From a virus, in IMG/VR virus record IMGVR_UViG_3300048589_001082, positions 36,465-100,464 of that record: a DNA stretch of 64,000 nucleotides; one strand, 5' to 3'. The position numbers and the translations under genes were made by a program. How positions within the stretch are numbered: position 1 is the first letter of the stretch; every line of letters starts with the position of its first letter. Positions 1-9,473 of this stretch are shown here, piece after piece. The notes under the pieces are model-generated. The model ran no database searches. It had not been told where the DNA came from and was given only the letters and a program-made list of their open reading frames with translations.

Positions 1-1320
1 CCGGTCGGCCGCCACCCGATACCCCGACAGCGAGGCGATGGTGTTCTCGGCCGACTCCTTGCCGCCCGAACCCGGCTCCTGTTCGGCCACCGTCTCCACG
101 TCATACCCCCAGGCGGCGAAGTCGGCCGCGGCCGTCTGCCGGATGACCGCCTCGCGCTCCGGGGCCGTCCACTTGCCCATGACCATGTGGCTGACGTAGT
201 AGTCGGCGCCGACGCGCACCATCAGGACGCCCACGGTGTAGGCGCTGCCGGGCGAGCGGCTGCCGGCCTTGTCCCAGTAGCGCACCGCCGCGCGGGCCGT
301 GCCCGGCGCGGTGACGAGGGCGAACGCCTCCGGGCTGACGACCTCGAACCACTCGCGGCGGAACATGTCCCCCTCCGGGGCGCTCGGCCGCTGCTGGTAG
401 AGGGCCATGAACGACAGGATGCCCTGCTCGACCCGCTTGGCCTCCAGGGCGGCCACGTCGAAGCGCTCCGGGTTCATCGCCTCGCCCGGCGCGCGGCCCA
501 GCGGGTCGGCCTCGCCCGGCGGCCGTCCAATCCCGGCGTTGTAGTCGTCGCGCTCTTCCTGGCTCTCGGCCAGGGCGGGGATTCGCAGCACGTGCCACGT
601 CTCTCCGCCCTCGGCCGCTAGAATACGCCCGGCCAAGTCCATATCCGACCAGCGGGTCATGATGAGGATGACCGCCGGCGGGCGGCCGTCGCGCGGGTGC
701 GGCTCCAGGCGCGTCACCATGTCGTGCGTCCACCAGTTCCAGGCCCGCTCCTGGTAGGCGTGGCTACGGGCCTCCTCATAGGACTTCACCACGTCATCCA
801 GGATCAGCAGGTTGGAGCCGCGGCCGGTTGCCCCGCTGCCCACGCCCACCGCCCGCAGGCCCCCGCCCGCGGCCGTCAGCCACTCTTCCACCTGTTGCCG
901 CGCCGGGTTGAGCTTCACCCCGCGCTCGGTGACGATGCGGCGCGTCTCCAGGGAGAAGGACTCGGCCAATGACTGGTTATAGCTGCCGATGATGACCCGC
1001 GTCAACGGGTCGCGCTCCAGCGCGTAGGCCGGGTAGCGCACCGTGACCATCTGGGACTTGAAGGAGCGTGGGTGCAGGAAGATCATCAGGCGGGTTATCT
1101 CGCCGGACTCCACGCGCTTCAGGTAGCGCCGGATGACCTTCAGGTGGCGGTAGTGCCAGGGCCACTCCGGCGAGGCTTGTTTCAGCCAGCGGCCGAAGGG
1201 TGGTACGTCCCGCCGTCCGGTGGTGGACTTCAGTTCGGCCGCGCGCCGGGCGGCCTGAAGGCGGAACGCCTCGAACGCCGCCGGGCTGCCCCAGGCGTCC
1301 GGCCGCGCCAGTTGTTCCAT
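1..1320 (-). CDS. terL: Phage terminase large subunit (3' end truncated by window edge; absent from ORF track)
   Basis: Hand translation: MEQLARPD...LMIFLHPRSFKS (Walker A region)...GSYNQSLA...GVGSGATGRGSNLLILDDVVK (Walker B)...MTRW..DLAGRI...LYQQRP...YWDKAG...YTVGVL...EQEPGSGGKESA. Confidence 0.95.
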   Translation of the reverse strand, partial: MEQLARPDAWGSPAAFEAFRLQAARRAAELKSTTGRRDVPPFGRWLKQASPEWPWHYRHLKVIRRYLKRVESGEITRLMIFLHPRSFKSQMVTVRYPAYALERDPLTRVIIGSYNQSLAESFSLETRRIVTERGVKLNPARQQVEEWLTAAGGGLRAVGVGSGATGRGSNLLILDDVVKSYEEARSHAYQERAWNWWTHDMVTRLEPHPRDGRPPAVILIMTRWSDMDLAGRILAAEGGETWHVLRIPALAESQEERDDYNAGIGRPPGEADPLGRAPGEAMNPERFDVAALEAKRVEQGILSFMALYQQRPSAPEGDMFRREWFEVVSPEAFALVTAPGTARAAVRYWDKAGSRSPGSAYTVGVLMVRVGADYYVSHMVMGKWTAPEREAVIRQTAAADFAAWGYDVETVAEQEPGSGGKESAENTIASLSGYRVAADR

Positions 1321-1331
1321 GCCCACGGCGG

Positions 1332-1784
1332 CTACTCGCCCTCGCCCTGCTCCACCAGCCGCCGCACGTCGCCGCGGCCGCCCGGCTCGACCAGCCGCAG
1401 CGACGGCCGCCGCGCCGGGTCGTCCGGCGTTGTCACCGCATCGCCCTCCGCGTCGGGGGGGATACTCGGCGGAGGTGACGTCAGCGCGCCGGCCGTCTCG
1501 TCGCCCTGGGCCTCGACCTCGGCCGCCTGCATCCGCCCCAGGTGCAGCACGCACTGGCGCAGCCAGTTGGCGACCTCCGGCAGATACCCCCACGTGTTGC
1601 AGTAGTCGCGCACATCCTCGGCCGTCAGCCCGCCGAAGCGCACCGCGTAGGCCAGGGCGTCGGCCGTGGCCGGGTGGTGCTCTTCCAGGTTGGCCCATGA
1701 CCGCGCGTCCCATGGGGCGAGGGCCGCTTGCAGAATCTCGTCCATCTGTTCGCCGGTCAACTGCGCCGGCTGATTGTCGTCCAT
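1332..1784 (-). CDS. hypothetical protein
   Basis: ORF with GAGGAG RBS, directly upstream of terL. Confidence 0.75.
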   Translation of the reverse strand: MDDNQPAQLTGEQMDEILQAALAPWDARSWANLEEHHPATADALAYAVRFGGLTAEDVRDYCNTWGYLPEVANWLRQCVLHLGRMQAAEVEAQGDETAGALTSPPPSIPPDAEGDAVTTPDDPARRPSLRLVEPGGRGDVRRLVEQGEGE

Positions 1785-1823
1785 GCCGTTACTCCTCTAC
1801 CGATACTGTTTAGTGTGTCTTGG

Positions 1824-2072
1824 CTACTTGCCCGCCTTCTGGCGCGGGGCGCGAGCCTCATCGAAGACGCCGTTGATGGTCGCGGCCATCTCGCCCACGA
1901 TCCCCGGCAGCGCGTCCACGAACTCGGCCGCGGCCTCGACCGACCAGCCGTAGCGGTCGCGCAGCAGCTTCCCCGCCGCCCCGGCCACCAGCGCGGCGAC
2001 GTTGTTGGCCATCTCGTGCTGGGCGGCGGTGATGCGCTTGGCCTTCTTGGGGTGGAAGTTGCGCCTGGTCAC
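1824..2072 (-). CDS. hypothetical protein
   Basis: GTGA overlap with upstream gene. Confidence 0.7.
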   Translation of the reverse strand: MTRRNFHPKKAKRITAAQHEMANNVAALVAGAAGKLLRDRYGWSVEAAAEFVDALPGIVGEMAATINGVFDEARAPRQKAGK

Positions 2073-3430
2073 TGGCCCACCTCCGGCCGGTAGTCGGCCG
2101 CCGTGTCGGCGTCGTCGCCGCGGACGCCCAGGCTCACGGAGAAGTCGTACTCGGCCGCGGCGGGTCGCAGGAACAGGGTGCTCATCAACTCGTCCTCGCG
2201 CGCCACCAGATCGGCCGCGCGGTCAAGTGCCCGCGCTGAATAACCATTGTCTATGTACATCTGACGCATCTTAACGTAGTGGCGCAGTACCTCAAACAGC
2301 CCGCTCGCCGCTTTACAGTCACTATCGCTCACGCCGAACGCCATGACTGACGAGATGCCTTGGGCCCGCGCGCACCACACCTGCGCATCCTCGTCCCACC
2401 AGATAACAATCTCGCTCTCGGCCGCGTCGGGAATATCCTCAACACCATCCTCGAAGGGGGGTAGGCGGACGCCGGGGCCGGGGAAGCCGTCCATCTCCAG
2501 CGTCTCGACTGTAATCTCCACGCCATCGACCATCACCCGTGCTTCAGGCAATTCGTCGTTCTCCGCATCGCCATCCCTGAGCGGCGCGAAGGTGATGACG
2601 AGCTGGCCACCGTGCAGCATCGCCTTCAGCAAGGCGTCCACATGCCGGCGGGCCGCGTCGTCCATCTGGCGGCGAATCTCGGCCATGAGGGGCGAGGACG
2701 CCACGTGGCGATCCACGGCCGCCTGGACTTCCGCCCGTTCCACCTCGGCGCGGTGGGCGGTCACGTCGGCCGCCGCGCTCTTGCGCTCAATCTCTTCTCT
2801 CGCGGCGGACATCTCTTCGGCAAACCTGTCCGTCTCGGCCCACCGCGCCACGTCAGCGCGGAAGGCGTCGAACCCGGCGATGCTATCCCTTATCAACAGG
2901 AAGCCGGACGACTCCAGCGACCCCAGCCCGCGGCCGTCGGCCGGCGGAGTTTCACCCCTGCGCAACTCCCCCGCCCGCTCGGCCGCCTCGGCGCGGAAGG
3001 CGTCGAACGCCTCGGCGCGGCCCCACGCGGCCGGGTCGCCCAGCGCCGCCAGACGACTACCACCGGCGGCCGCATCAAGTCGCGCCTCTTCGGTCGCCTC
3101 CAGGGCGCTGACCGGCGACGCGCCGACCGCGTTGCCGTCCACCCACACATCCACGCCCAGCGCCGCCAGCTGCGTCGCCAGTTGCTCGTTGGTCCTCTGT
3201 AGCCGCGCGTTCTCCGCGACCAGGGCCACACCCTCATCGGAGAGCCGCTGCACGGCCGCGGCCAGCACGCGGATGTAGCCCGACGCCGGGCCATGGTCGG
3301 CCGCGTCCAGGGCATCGGCGTTGACGACGAAGCGGTTCGCGGCCGCGCTGCGCCGCCACTCCGCCAGGCGCTCGGACATCTCCGGGCTATCCACCCCTCC
3401 CAACACTGTCTCGATCTGTTCCTCGCTCAT
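2069..3430 (-). CDS. coiled-coil hypothetical protein with possible C-terminal HicB-like segment
   Basis: Start MSEEQIE after GGGAG; C-terminal IVIWWDEDAQVWCARAQGISSVMAFG. Confidence 0.65.
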   Translation of the reverse strand: MSEEQIETVLGGVDSPEMSERLAEWRRSAAANRFVVNADALDAADHGPASGYIRVLAAAVQRLSDEGVALVAENARLQRTNEQLATQLAALGVDVWVDGNAVGASPVSALEATEEARLDAAAGGSRLAALGDPAAWGRAEAFDAFRAEAAERAGELRRGETPPADGRGLGSLESSGFLLIRDSIAGFDAFRADVARWAETDRFAEEMSAAREEIERKSAAADVTAHRAEVERAEVQAAVDRHVASSPLMAEIRRQMDDAARRHVDALLKAMLHGGQLVITFAPLRDGDAENDELPEARVMVDGVEITVETLEMDGFPGPGVRLPPFEDGVEDIPDAAESEIVIWWDEDAQVWCARAQGISSVMAFGVSDSDCKAASGLFEVLRHYVKMRQMYIDNGYSARALDRAADLVAREDELMSTLFLRPAAAEYDFSVSLGVRGDDADTAADYRPEVGQ

Positions 3431-3462
3431 TGTGTCTCCCTCGTCGCGCCACGTGGCGCTAT

Positions 3463-3765
3463 CTACTCTTCTTCGCTGTCGTCGAACGCGCCCCACCCGA
3501 AGATGGTTGCACTCCGCTCGGTCGCGGCAAGTCGGGACCTGAGTTCCGCGATCTGGGCCTCAGCCCTGGCCCGCGTGTCACGCTGCGCATCAAATAGGGC
3601 GTCCTCGTCGGTCTGGTACAACTCGGCAATGAGCGCGAGCGTCACAATCGGCCGCCCGGTCTGGTCGTGCCGGTATTCGACTGACTGCACGCCATCCAGC
3701 CGTATGTGATTAAGCGTGACGGTGCCGATCCCATAATCGTCCGTCTGTATAGTGACCTTGTTCAC
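3463..3765 (-). CDS. hypothetical phage protein
   Basis: ORF with RBS. Confidence 0.7.
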   Translation of the reverse strand: MNKVTIQTDDYGIGTVTLNHIRLDGVQSVEYRHDQTGRPIVTLALIAELYQTDEDALFDAQRDTRARAEAQIAELRSRLAATERSATIFGWGAFDDSEEE

Positions 3766-3832
3766 TCATCTCTCCCTTGCCGATTAGTTTACCCGCCACT
3801 CCAGCGGGCACGTCAGCAGACTGAGCGTGGGG

Positions 3833-4462
3833 CTACTCCTCTTCGTCGGTCGCGGGCGTCCTGTCCCACTCGGCCGCGGTGATGGTCACGTCTGTGGGGT
3901 ACGCTTCGGTGTAGAAGCCGGTCTTGGCCGGCGTGGGGCGCGGCTCCTCAGTTGCCGTCGCCTCGCGTCCCATGGCCGGCCACGTTCCCGTGTGCAGCGC
4001 CTTCAGCCACGGCTCCCAGTCACCGCCCGACCATTCGGGTGTAACGGTGGCCCTGGCCTCGGCCGGCCGGAACCCGCCGTAGACCTGAAGCTCGCGCTCT
4101 CGCGCCCGCGCCGCGGCCAGCTCGGCCGCCAGTTGCCCTTCCAGTTCGTCGGCGCGTTTGTTGGCCCGCTGCAACTCGTCCATCAGGTAGTCGATGACCC
4201 GCAGCAGCAGCGGCGCGGTGGCCTCGTCGGCCGCGCGGGCCGGGTCGGGCGCGCGGGCCGGGTCGGGCGCGTCATCCTCGTCGTAGTCGTCATAGTCGTC
4301 CTGGTCGATGCGGGCGACCGGCCCCGCTTCGGTCAGCATGGCTTCGAAGGCGTACCGCCGCCCGTCGAGTTCGATCTCGGCGTTGTACGGGCGGCCGACT
4401 TCCAGACCGCCGCTGGTCTGGATGGTAATCTCACGAACAAGGGGGCGAGCAGTCTTAATCAT
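3833..4462 (-). CDS. hypothetical protein
   Basis: Start MIKTARP after GAGGA. Confidence 0.7.
   Translation of the reverse strand: MIKTARPLVREITIQTSGGLEVGRPYNAEIELDGRRYAFEAMLTEAGPVARIDQDDYDDYDEDDAPDPARAPDPARAADEATAPLLLRVIDYLMDELQRANKRADELEGQLAAELAAARARERELQVYGGFRPAEARATVTPEWSGGDWEPWLKALHTGTWPAMGREATATEEPRPTPAKTGFYTEAYPTDVTITAAEWDRTPATDEEE
4232..4271. repeat. 18-bp in-frame tandem repeat, about 2.2 copies (PDPARA)
   Basis: CGCGCGGGCCGGGTCGGG x2 + CGCG. Confidence 0.9.
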
Positions 4463-4760
4463 TGCCACGTTCCTCTTCCCCCTCGGCCGCGGCGCGGGCC
4501 TCGTTTGCAACCCCGGCCGCGTCCATGATGCTTTTCGCCACATAGTTCGCCCAGGCCCAAGCGCTCGGCGGCAGGGTGAAGCCCACGCTGAAGCCGTTTA
4601 TCCCCAGCGACTCGACCTGAGCAGTCGTCGCCGGCGCGTCGCTCAGGTGGCCCAGAGTCACTTCGGCCGTGTCGGCCAGTCGCACCTCGCGGCCGTCTTC
4701 GGTGATGAGGGTAATATCCCGCAGGGTTATGATGCGCTCTTGCCTCCGTACTGCCGCCAC
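4455..4760 (-). CDS. hypothetical protein
   Basis: ORF filling gap in operon. Confidence 0.6.
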   Translation of the reverse strand: MAAVRRQERIITLRDITLITEDGREVRLADTAEVTLGHLSDAPATTAQVESLGINGFSVGFTLPPSAWAWANYVAKSIMDAAGVANEARAAAEGEEERGND

Positions 4761-5293
4761 AGCCTCCGCAGCAGCGGCCGTATGTTATGGCCCTCGTAAG
4801 GGTCTTTCTTCGTGCGAAGGTACTCCGGCGGGTAGCGCTCCACATCCACCGTTTCGGAGTAGTAGCCGTTGCTCGACCCCCACCAGCGCATGGTGACATA
4901 GACCCCGGCGTCGGTCGCCAGCTTGTAGAACGTCCACGTCTCCGACGACTCCGCGCGCGGGTCGTTGTGGTTGTTGTTACTGACTTCCTCGGCCGACACC
5001 ACCCGGCCGCCGACCAGCGCCGACAACTCAGTATCCACCTCTTCCAGATAGACCGACTCGCTGCACGTCTGGTCGTGGTACACGCGCCAGATGGCCCGGT
5101 CGGTGACGAAGTAGACAACCTGCACCTGGCCGTACTCGTTGGCCTCAGCCTCGACGCCGAGCACCGTCTCGCCCACCATGCCGGAGATGTCGGCCGTCGG
5201 GTCGGGCGAAGGGTCGGGCCGCTCGCCCCCTGCCAGGCCCAGCCCTTTCAACAGCGCATAGAACTCGCCGGCGGTCGGCTCGTTACTCATCAT
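4727..5293 (-). CDS. conserved phage protein of unknown function
   Basis: YHDQTCSESVYLEE...ETWTFYKLAT...MRWWGSSNGYYSE motif set recognised from phage hypotheticals. Confidence 0.75.
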   Translation of the reverse strand: MMSNEPTAGEFYALLKGLGLAGGERPDPSPDPTADISGMVGETVLGVEAEANEYGQVQVVYFVTDRAIWRVYHDQTCSESVYLEEVDTELSALVGGRVVSAEEVSNNNHNDPRAESSETWTFYKLATDAGVYVTMRWWGSSNGYYSETVDVERYPPEYLRTKKDPYEGHNIRPLLRRLWRQYGGKSAS

Positions 5294-5768
5294 CGTCAGT
5301 GTCCTCGCCATCCCAATCTTCATACCAGTCGTCGGCGTCGTCGGTGTCGCCGTCGTCATCCTCCACGATGCCGCGCAGAAACCACCACCGGCGCAGCTCC
5401 CATAGCATCATAGAGGCCATCTGCCTGAGGGCAGAGCCTGCCGACTGGCGGCCGTCGGCCACACGCTGGCTCGTCAGGATAATCGCCTGCGCCTGTCGGG
5501 GCAGATGGTTGAACCACGGCCGGGCATGCCACTTGTCGTAGACATGAAACAGGTACTCGATCCCGCCCTCGGTCGCCTGTATCCCGGACAAAACCCCATC
5601 GACAATCGCCTGACCAAACATCATCCACTCCAGCGATTGCGATGGGTTGAAGATCGACGCCGGCGGCTCGAAGCGGTCGGCCCATGCCGCCTCGACGCGC
5701 GCGAGCTGGGCCGATAACTCATCGGCCTGCCGGTAGAAGTCGCTCTGGAAGAAGAGGGAGGTGTTCAC
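5283..5768 (-). CDS. hypothetical protein with acidic tail
   Basis: GTGA-coupled start VNTSLFF. Confidence 0.65.
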   Translation of the reverse strand: MNTSLFFQSDFYRQADELSAQLARVEAAWADRFEPPASIFNPSQSLEWMMFGQAIVDGVLSGIQATEGGIEYLFHVYDKWHARPWFNHLPRQAQAIILTSQRVADGRQSAGSALRQMASMMLWELRRWWFLRGIVEDDDGDTDDADDWYEDWDGEDTDDDE

Positions 5769-6460
5769 CCAGCCCCCTGGGCCCACGGCCGCGTCACCAC
5801 ATCCTCCGGGTAGCCAAGCCCCCGCAGGATGTCGCGCACGAAAGCCGCGGTGCGCGAGTGCAACCGGATGCGCCCCATGTTCTCCGCGAGCCACTTGGTC
5901 ATGTCCCACGACCCGGTGTAGGCCATGCTGCTGCCCATCCAGTCGGCCACCATCTCCAGGGCGTACCGGCGCGGCATCTCTACCGCCCCGGCCTCCACGT
6001 TGCTGCCCTTCGGGCTGAAGCCGTCGGCAAACAGCCAGTGGTTCCAATGGTGCGGATTTTGGTGAATGTGGTGCAACCACGCGGCGGCGAACCGATCGGG
6101 GTTGGGCTTGCCGCCGTGGAAGTGCTCGGCGTAGGCCGGGAACTCGGCGTCGGAGAACTTGCTCTGGTCATGGAACCTGAGTTGCTGTTCGTCCACGCCC
6201 AGCTTGCGCCCGGCCTCCTGCACACTGCGGATGTGCAAGACCAGGCTCTCCAGATAGGCGGCCGTCCACGAGGGAGCGTAGGGGAACATCACCGCGCGGA
6301 ATGCGGCCAACGCCTCCGGGTCACTGATGTCCACGAAGCGCGTGATAACGGCGCGCGAGATGTTCCATGCCGCGCGACCCGCCCCCGGCACGTCCACACC
6401 GTCCAGCACGTCGCTGAAGGGGACGCCTTGAATCTCCTGTCCGTTGTAAGTGACTTGCAT
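5765..6460 (-). CDS. HD-like metal-dependent phosphohydrolase (DUF5662-like)
   Basis: H..HDQSKF...AWLHHIHQNPHHW...EMP...LEMVADW. Confidence 0.75.
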   Translation of the reverse strand: MQVTYNGQEIQGVPFSDVLDGVDVPGAGRAAWNISRAVITRFVDISDPEALAAFRAVMFPYAPSWTAAYLESLVLHIRSVQEAGRKLGVDEQQLRFHDQSKFSDAEFPAYAEHFHGGKPNPDRFAAAWLHHIHQNPHHWNHWLFADGFSPKGSNVEAGAVEMPRRYALEMVADWMGSSMAYTGSWDMTKWLAENMGRIRLHSRTAAFVRDILRGLGYPEDVVTRPWAQGAG

Positions 6461-6485
6461 ACTACGATTCCCTCTTTTCGACCCG

Positions 6486-7328
6486 CTACGCGACGGCCGG
6501 CTCCGGCCGCCAGTCCGCCGTAGCGCGGCGCGTCCGGGAAGTCATGATCTCGTCGCGCACGGCCGCCACGGCCTCTTCCACCGTCTCGGCGGTCAACTTC
6601 CTGATGGTGATCTCGTCGTTGTACATGATGTAGTCGTCGCTGTCGCCCAGCGGCGGCACGGGGATGCCACTGCCCTTGTCCGCAGGGTTGCCGTGTCCGT
6701 CGAGCAGCACGACCATAGCCCACGTCTCGACGCCCGACCGGCCGCCGCGCGGTCGCGCCCACGGCCGCCGGCTCAACTCCACCCTGGCCGGGTAGTCGCC
6801 TTCCGGCATGGGGATAACGGTTTCATGGACGGCGGTCTCTACCGGCTCGAATACCTGGCGGCCGAACAGTACGTCCCTGATGGAGAAAGAGATAAACCAG
6901 AACCACAGGCCAATGTAGACGCGGTCGCCCCCGCCCACGCTGAACATCAGGGAGCGCTGTCCATGCCGGCCGCCTTGGGCCAGACGCCGCACCAACCGGC
7001 CGAGCCGCCCGGAAGGGAATATCGACAGGCTGACCGTAGCCGCCAGCGGCACGGCCACGAAGAGATGCGCGTCGCCCTCGTCGGCCGAGCCGATATTGAA
7101 ACTGGCATCGGCGAACAGGTCGCGGTTGCGCCACGTCGACAGGCTGACGCCGACGATCTGCCGCTCGAACTCGCCGTACTCGTCGCGCCCCATCAGGAAG
7201 AAGCACTGCTCGTAGCTGGACAGGTCGCCGCGGAAGGTCAGCAGTTGCCAGCGGCCGAGTGCCCGCTTCCGGCGCGTTGTGTTGAGCCAATCAGCCCGTT
7301 TCTTGGGATTCCACATAGTGGTGTTCAT
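6486..7328 (-). CDS. hypothetical protein
   Basis: 280-aa ORF in operon. Confidence 0.7.
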   Translation of the reverse strand: MNTTMWNPKKRADWLNTTRRKRALGRWQLLTFRGDLSSYEQCFFLMGRDEYGEFERQIVGVSLSTWRNRDLFADASFNIGSADEGDAHLFVAVPLAATVSLSIFPSGRLGRLVRRLAQGGRHGQRSLMFSVGGGDRVYIGLWFWFISFSIRDVLFGRQVFEPVETAVHETVIPMPEGDYPARVELSRRPWARPRGGRSGVETWAMVVLLDGHGNPADKGSGIPVPPLGDSDDYIMYNDEITIRKLTAETVEEAVAAVRDEIMTSRTRRATADWRPEPAVA

Positions 7329-7354
7329 GCCTTACCTGTTTCCTTGCCGCGCGG

Positions 7355-8149
7355 CTACTCGGCGCGACCGTCCTTGCCCTGCCGCTGGCCGACCGCCTCG
7401 CCCAGCAAACCGCCGTCCACCAGCTTCTGGAGCAGGTCTGGCGGCAGTGGCGTAGGCGTGATGGTCACGGTGTGCTGAACCGGCTGGTGGCCGCTGCCCT
7501 CGAAGTACTCCACCCGCTTGATGGTGCGGCCGTCCTCGTGGTACTCGATGGACTTGACCTGGGGGCACTCCTCGTGCCGGTGGTTCGCCCCACAGCGCGG
7601 GCAGAGGGTGGCGACGTACCACGCCGATGATGGCGCGGGCGTCGATAACCCCGGCAATCCCCCGGATGGGGGAACAACCGTGCCTGGAGCGACCAGATAG
7701 CCGGGGTAGACGGCGCCTGACGTAGTGGACGAGGCCGCGGCTCCCGCCGGGTTCCACCGCAACGCCGACCAATCAAACGGCGCGGCCCGCCACTCCTCCA
7801 ACGCCGCCTCATCGGCCGCCGCCGTGTGGTACTCCGCCATGATCTCGGCCAACGGCTCCCAAACGGCCGCGGCCTTCTCGGTCAGGTCAAGGATAGCGCG
7901 GGCGGCGGCCAGGTCTTCGGTCAACTGCTCCACCTGTTGCACGAGCCGGGCGTTGCAGGCCGTCGCATCGACCGCGCGGCTCTCGGCCGCCTCCAGCCTC
8001 GCCTTTAGTGCGGCGACGCAGTAGGAGCGGTCGGCGTGCGTACACACCACGCTATACACCGGATCGTCTACCGCGTGGAGGAACCCTGCTTCCCCCGGTC
8101 GTATCTCTGCCTTACACTCGGAACAATATCGGGGCATGGTGCGCCTCAC
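7355..8149 (-). CDS. hypothetical Zn-binding/coiled-coil protein
   Basis: CSEC...C..C at N-terminus; CPRC...H..CPQVKSIEY..DG.TIKRVEYF near C-terminus. Confidence 0.7.
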   Translation of the reverse strand: MRRTMPRYCSECKAEIRPGEAGFLHAVDDPVYSVVCTHADRSYCVAALKARLEAAESRAVDATACNARLVQQVEQLTEDLAAARAILDLTEKAAAVWEPLAEIMAEYHTAAADEAALEEWRAAPFDWSALRWNPAGAAASSTTSGAVYPGYLVAPGTVVPPSGGLPGLSTPAPSSAWYVATLCPRCGANHRHEECPQVKSIEYHEDGRTIKRVEYFEGSGHQPVQHTVTITPTPLPPDLLQKLVDGGLLGEAVGQRQGKDGRAE

Positions 8150-8152
8150 GGG

Positions 8153-8884
8153 CTACTCGTCATCCTCTTCGTCATCCCCGGCCGTGGCCTCAGCCGCCAG
8201 CAGCCGCGCCCAGCTCTCCATCGCCGCCTCGGCCTGGGCCGGGGTGATGCCGTCGGGCAGGTGCTCCGTCCAGTCCACCACGGCCACTTCGTGACGGCCG
8301 CCGGGGGCCATGTCCAGCGACAGCCGCGTCAGCTTCGATGCCGCGTCGGCAATGCGCGGCAGGTCGGCCAGCGTCCACCGCGCCGGTTTCCACGTCACCT
8401 CGCGCCCCTCGGCGTCGGTGACTTCGACTTCCCACAGCGGCGAGCCGACCATCTGCAAGGCCATCTGGAACATGCCCGCGCCGATGGCGTGTTCGGCCTG
8501 GCGCAACTTGTCCACGCGCTCATTGAAGTCGGCCGCCGCCTTGCGCGCCGTGGCCCCCGCCGACCAGCGCTTGTACAGGGCAATGAGGTGCTCCAGCACG
8601 CTGCGGAACTCCTCGCCGTGATACCAGCTCTTGTCGCCGCCGTAGAAGATGCGCTGCGAGACCGTGTCCTTGCGACCGAAGACGTTCATGCGCGATGCCT
8701 CGGTCAACCCCACCTCGGCCAGCGCCAGCGCCGTCCGGCGACGCTTCTCCAGGGGCGGCAGCGTCAGCCGGTTCAGTTGCGACTCGACGGCCGTGTGGAA
8801 GTCGTCGTCGCTGCCCAGCGCCAGACCGGCGGCCCACTGCTCGGCCCGCCGCCTGATCTCCGCCCCCTGCTCAGTCGTGATCAT
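8153..8884 (-). CDS. putative terminase small subunit
   Basis: Start MITTEQ; helical protein ending AASKLTRLSLDM..GRHEV plus acidic tail; near start of the operon leading to terL. Confidence 0.45.
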   Translation of the reverse strand: MITTEQGAEIRRRAEQWAAGLALGSDDDFHTAVESQLNRLTLPPLEKRRRTALALAEVGLTEASRMNVFGRKDTVSQRIFYGGDKSWYHGEEFRSVLEHLIALYKRWSAGATARKAAADFNERVDKLRQAEHAIGAGMFQMALQMVGSPLWEVEVTDAEGREVTWKPARWTLADLPRIADAASKLTRLSLDMAPGGRHEVAVVDWTEHLPDGITPAQAEAAMESWARLLAAEATAGDDEEDDE

Positions 8885-9171
8885 CCCTGCTCCCCGTTCC
8901 CCCGGTTGCTGCGCGGCGCGGCGGTCGCCTCCTCTCGCGCCCGCTCGGCCGCCCTCGCCAACTCCCGCTCCACCGCCGCCAGCGTGTGGCGGTGCAGCGC
9001 CGCGACCTGCCCCTGATGGTGCATCCCCGCCAGCGTGCCGATGAGCACCCCCGTCGAGACGGCCGCCACCACGTAGGGCGACCGCAACGGCTCGCCTAAC
9101 AGCAACGCCGCCCAGGGCGCGGCAATCACGCTGCACCAGGCGACGGCCGAGATGAATTGCGCGACTCCCAT
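8881..9171 (-). CDS. small membrane protein, 2 TM segments (holin-like topology possible)
   Basis: Two hydrophobic stretches then a charged helix. Confidence 0.6.
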   Translation of the reverse strand: MGVAQFISAVAWCSVIAAPWAALLLGEPLRSPYVVAAVSTGVLIGTLAGMHHQGQVAALHRHTLAAVERELARAAERAREEATAAPRSNRGNGEQG

Positions 9172-9443
9172 GTCATCCCCCTGCCACTTGCCCGCCGCCG
9201 GTGTGCGCGACCGCGCGCGCGGCCGAACGGGCGTGAGCTTATGTTGATCTTCATCTGCACTTGGGGATAGACCCCCGTTAGTGTGTGAAATGCACAATGT
9301 CTATGCGAATAGATAGATAGACCCGACGAGGGGCGAAACGCGGGCGAGGCGGGAAGGTGAAGGGGGCGGCCGCCGGTCTGTGTTGCTGTCCAGGCCATTG
9401 GAGGGAGGAACACGGCCGCCCCTCTGGAGGGAACTGCGCCGGC

Positions 9444-9473
9444 AGTATCGCACAAATGTTTTATCGCGCGCAA
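9444..9473 (-). promoter_or_regulatory. sigma70-type promoter with degenerate LexA-like box in the spacer
   Basis: TTGCGC-N18-(TGc)GATACT; CGCACAAATGTTTT at 9449-9462. Confidence 0.45.

Noticed and set aside
1054-1086. TerL Walker A variant HPRSFKS as a sign of pseudogenisation
   Set aside because: The frame is open, the other motifs are intact, and non-Gly variants occur in terminases.
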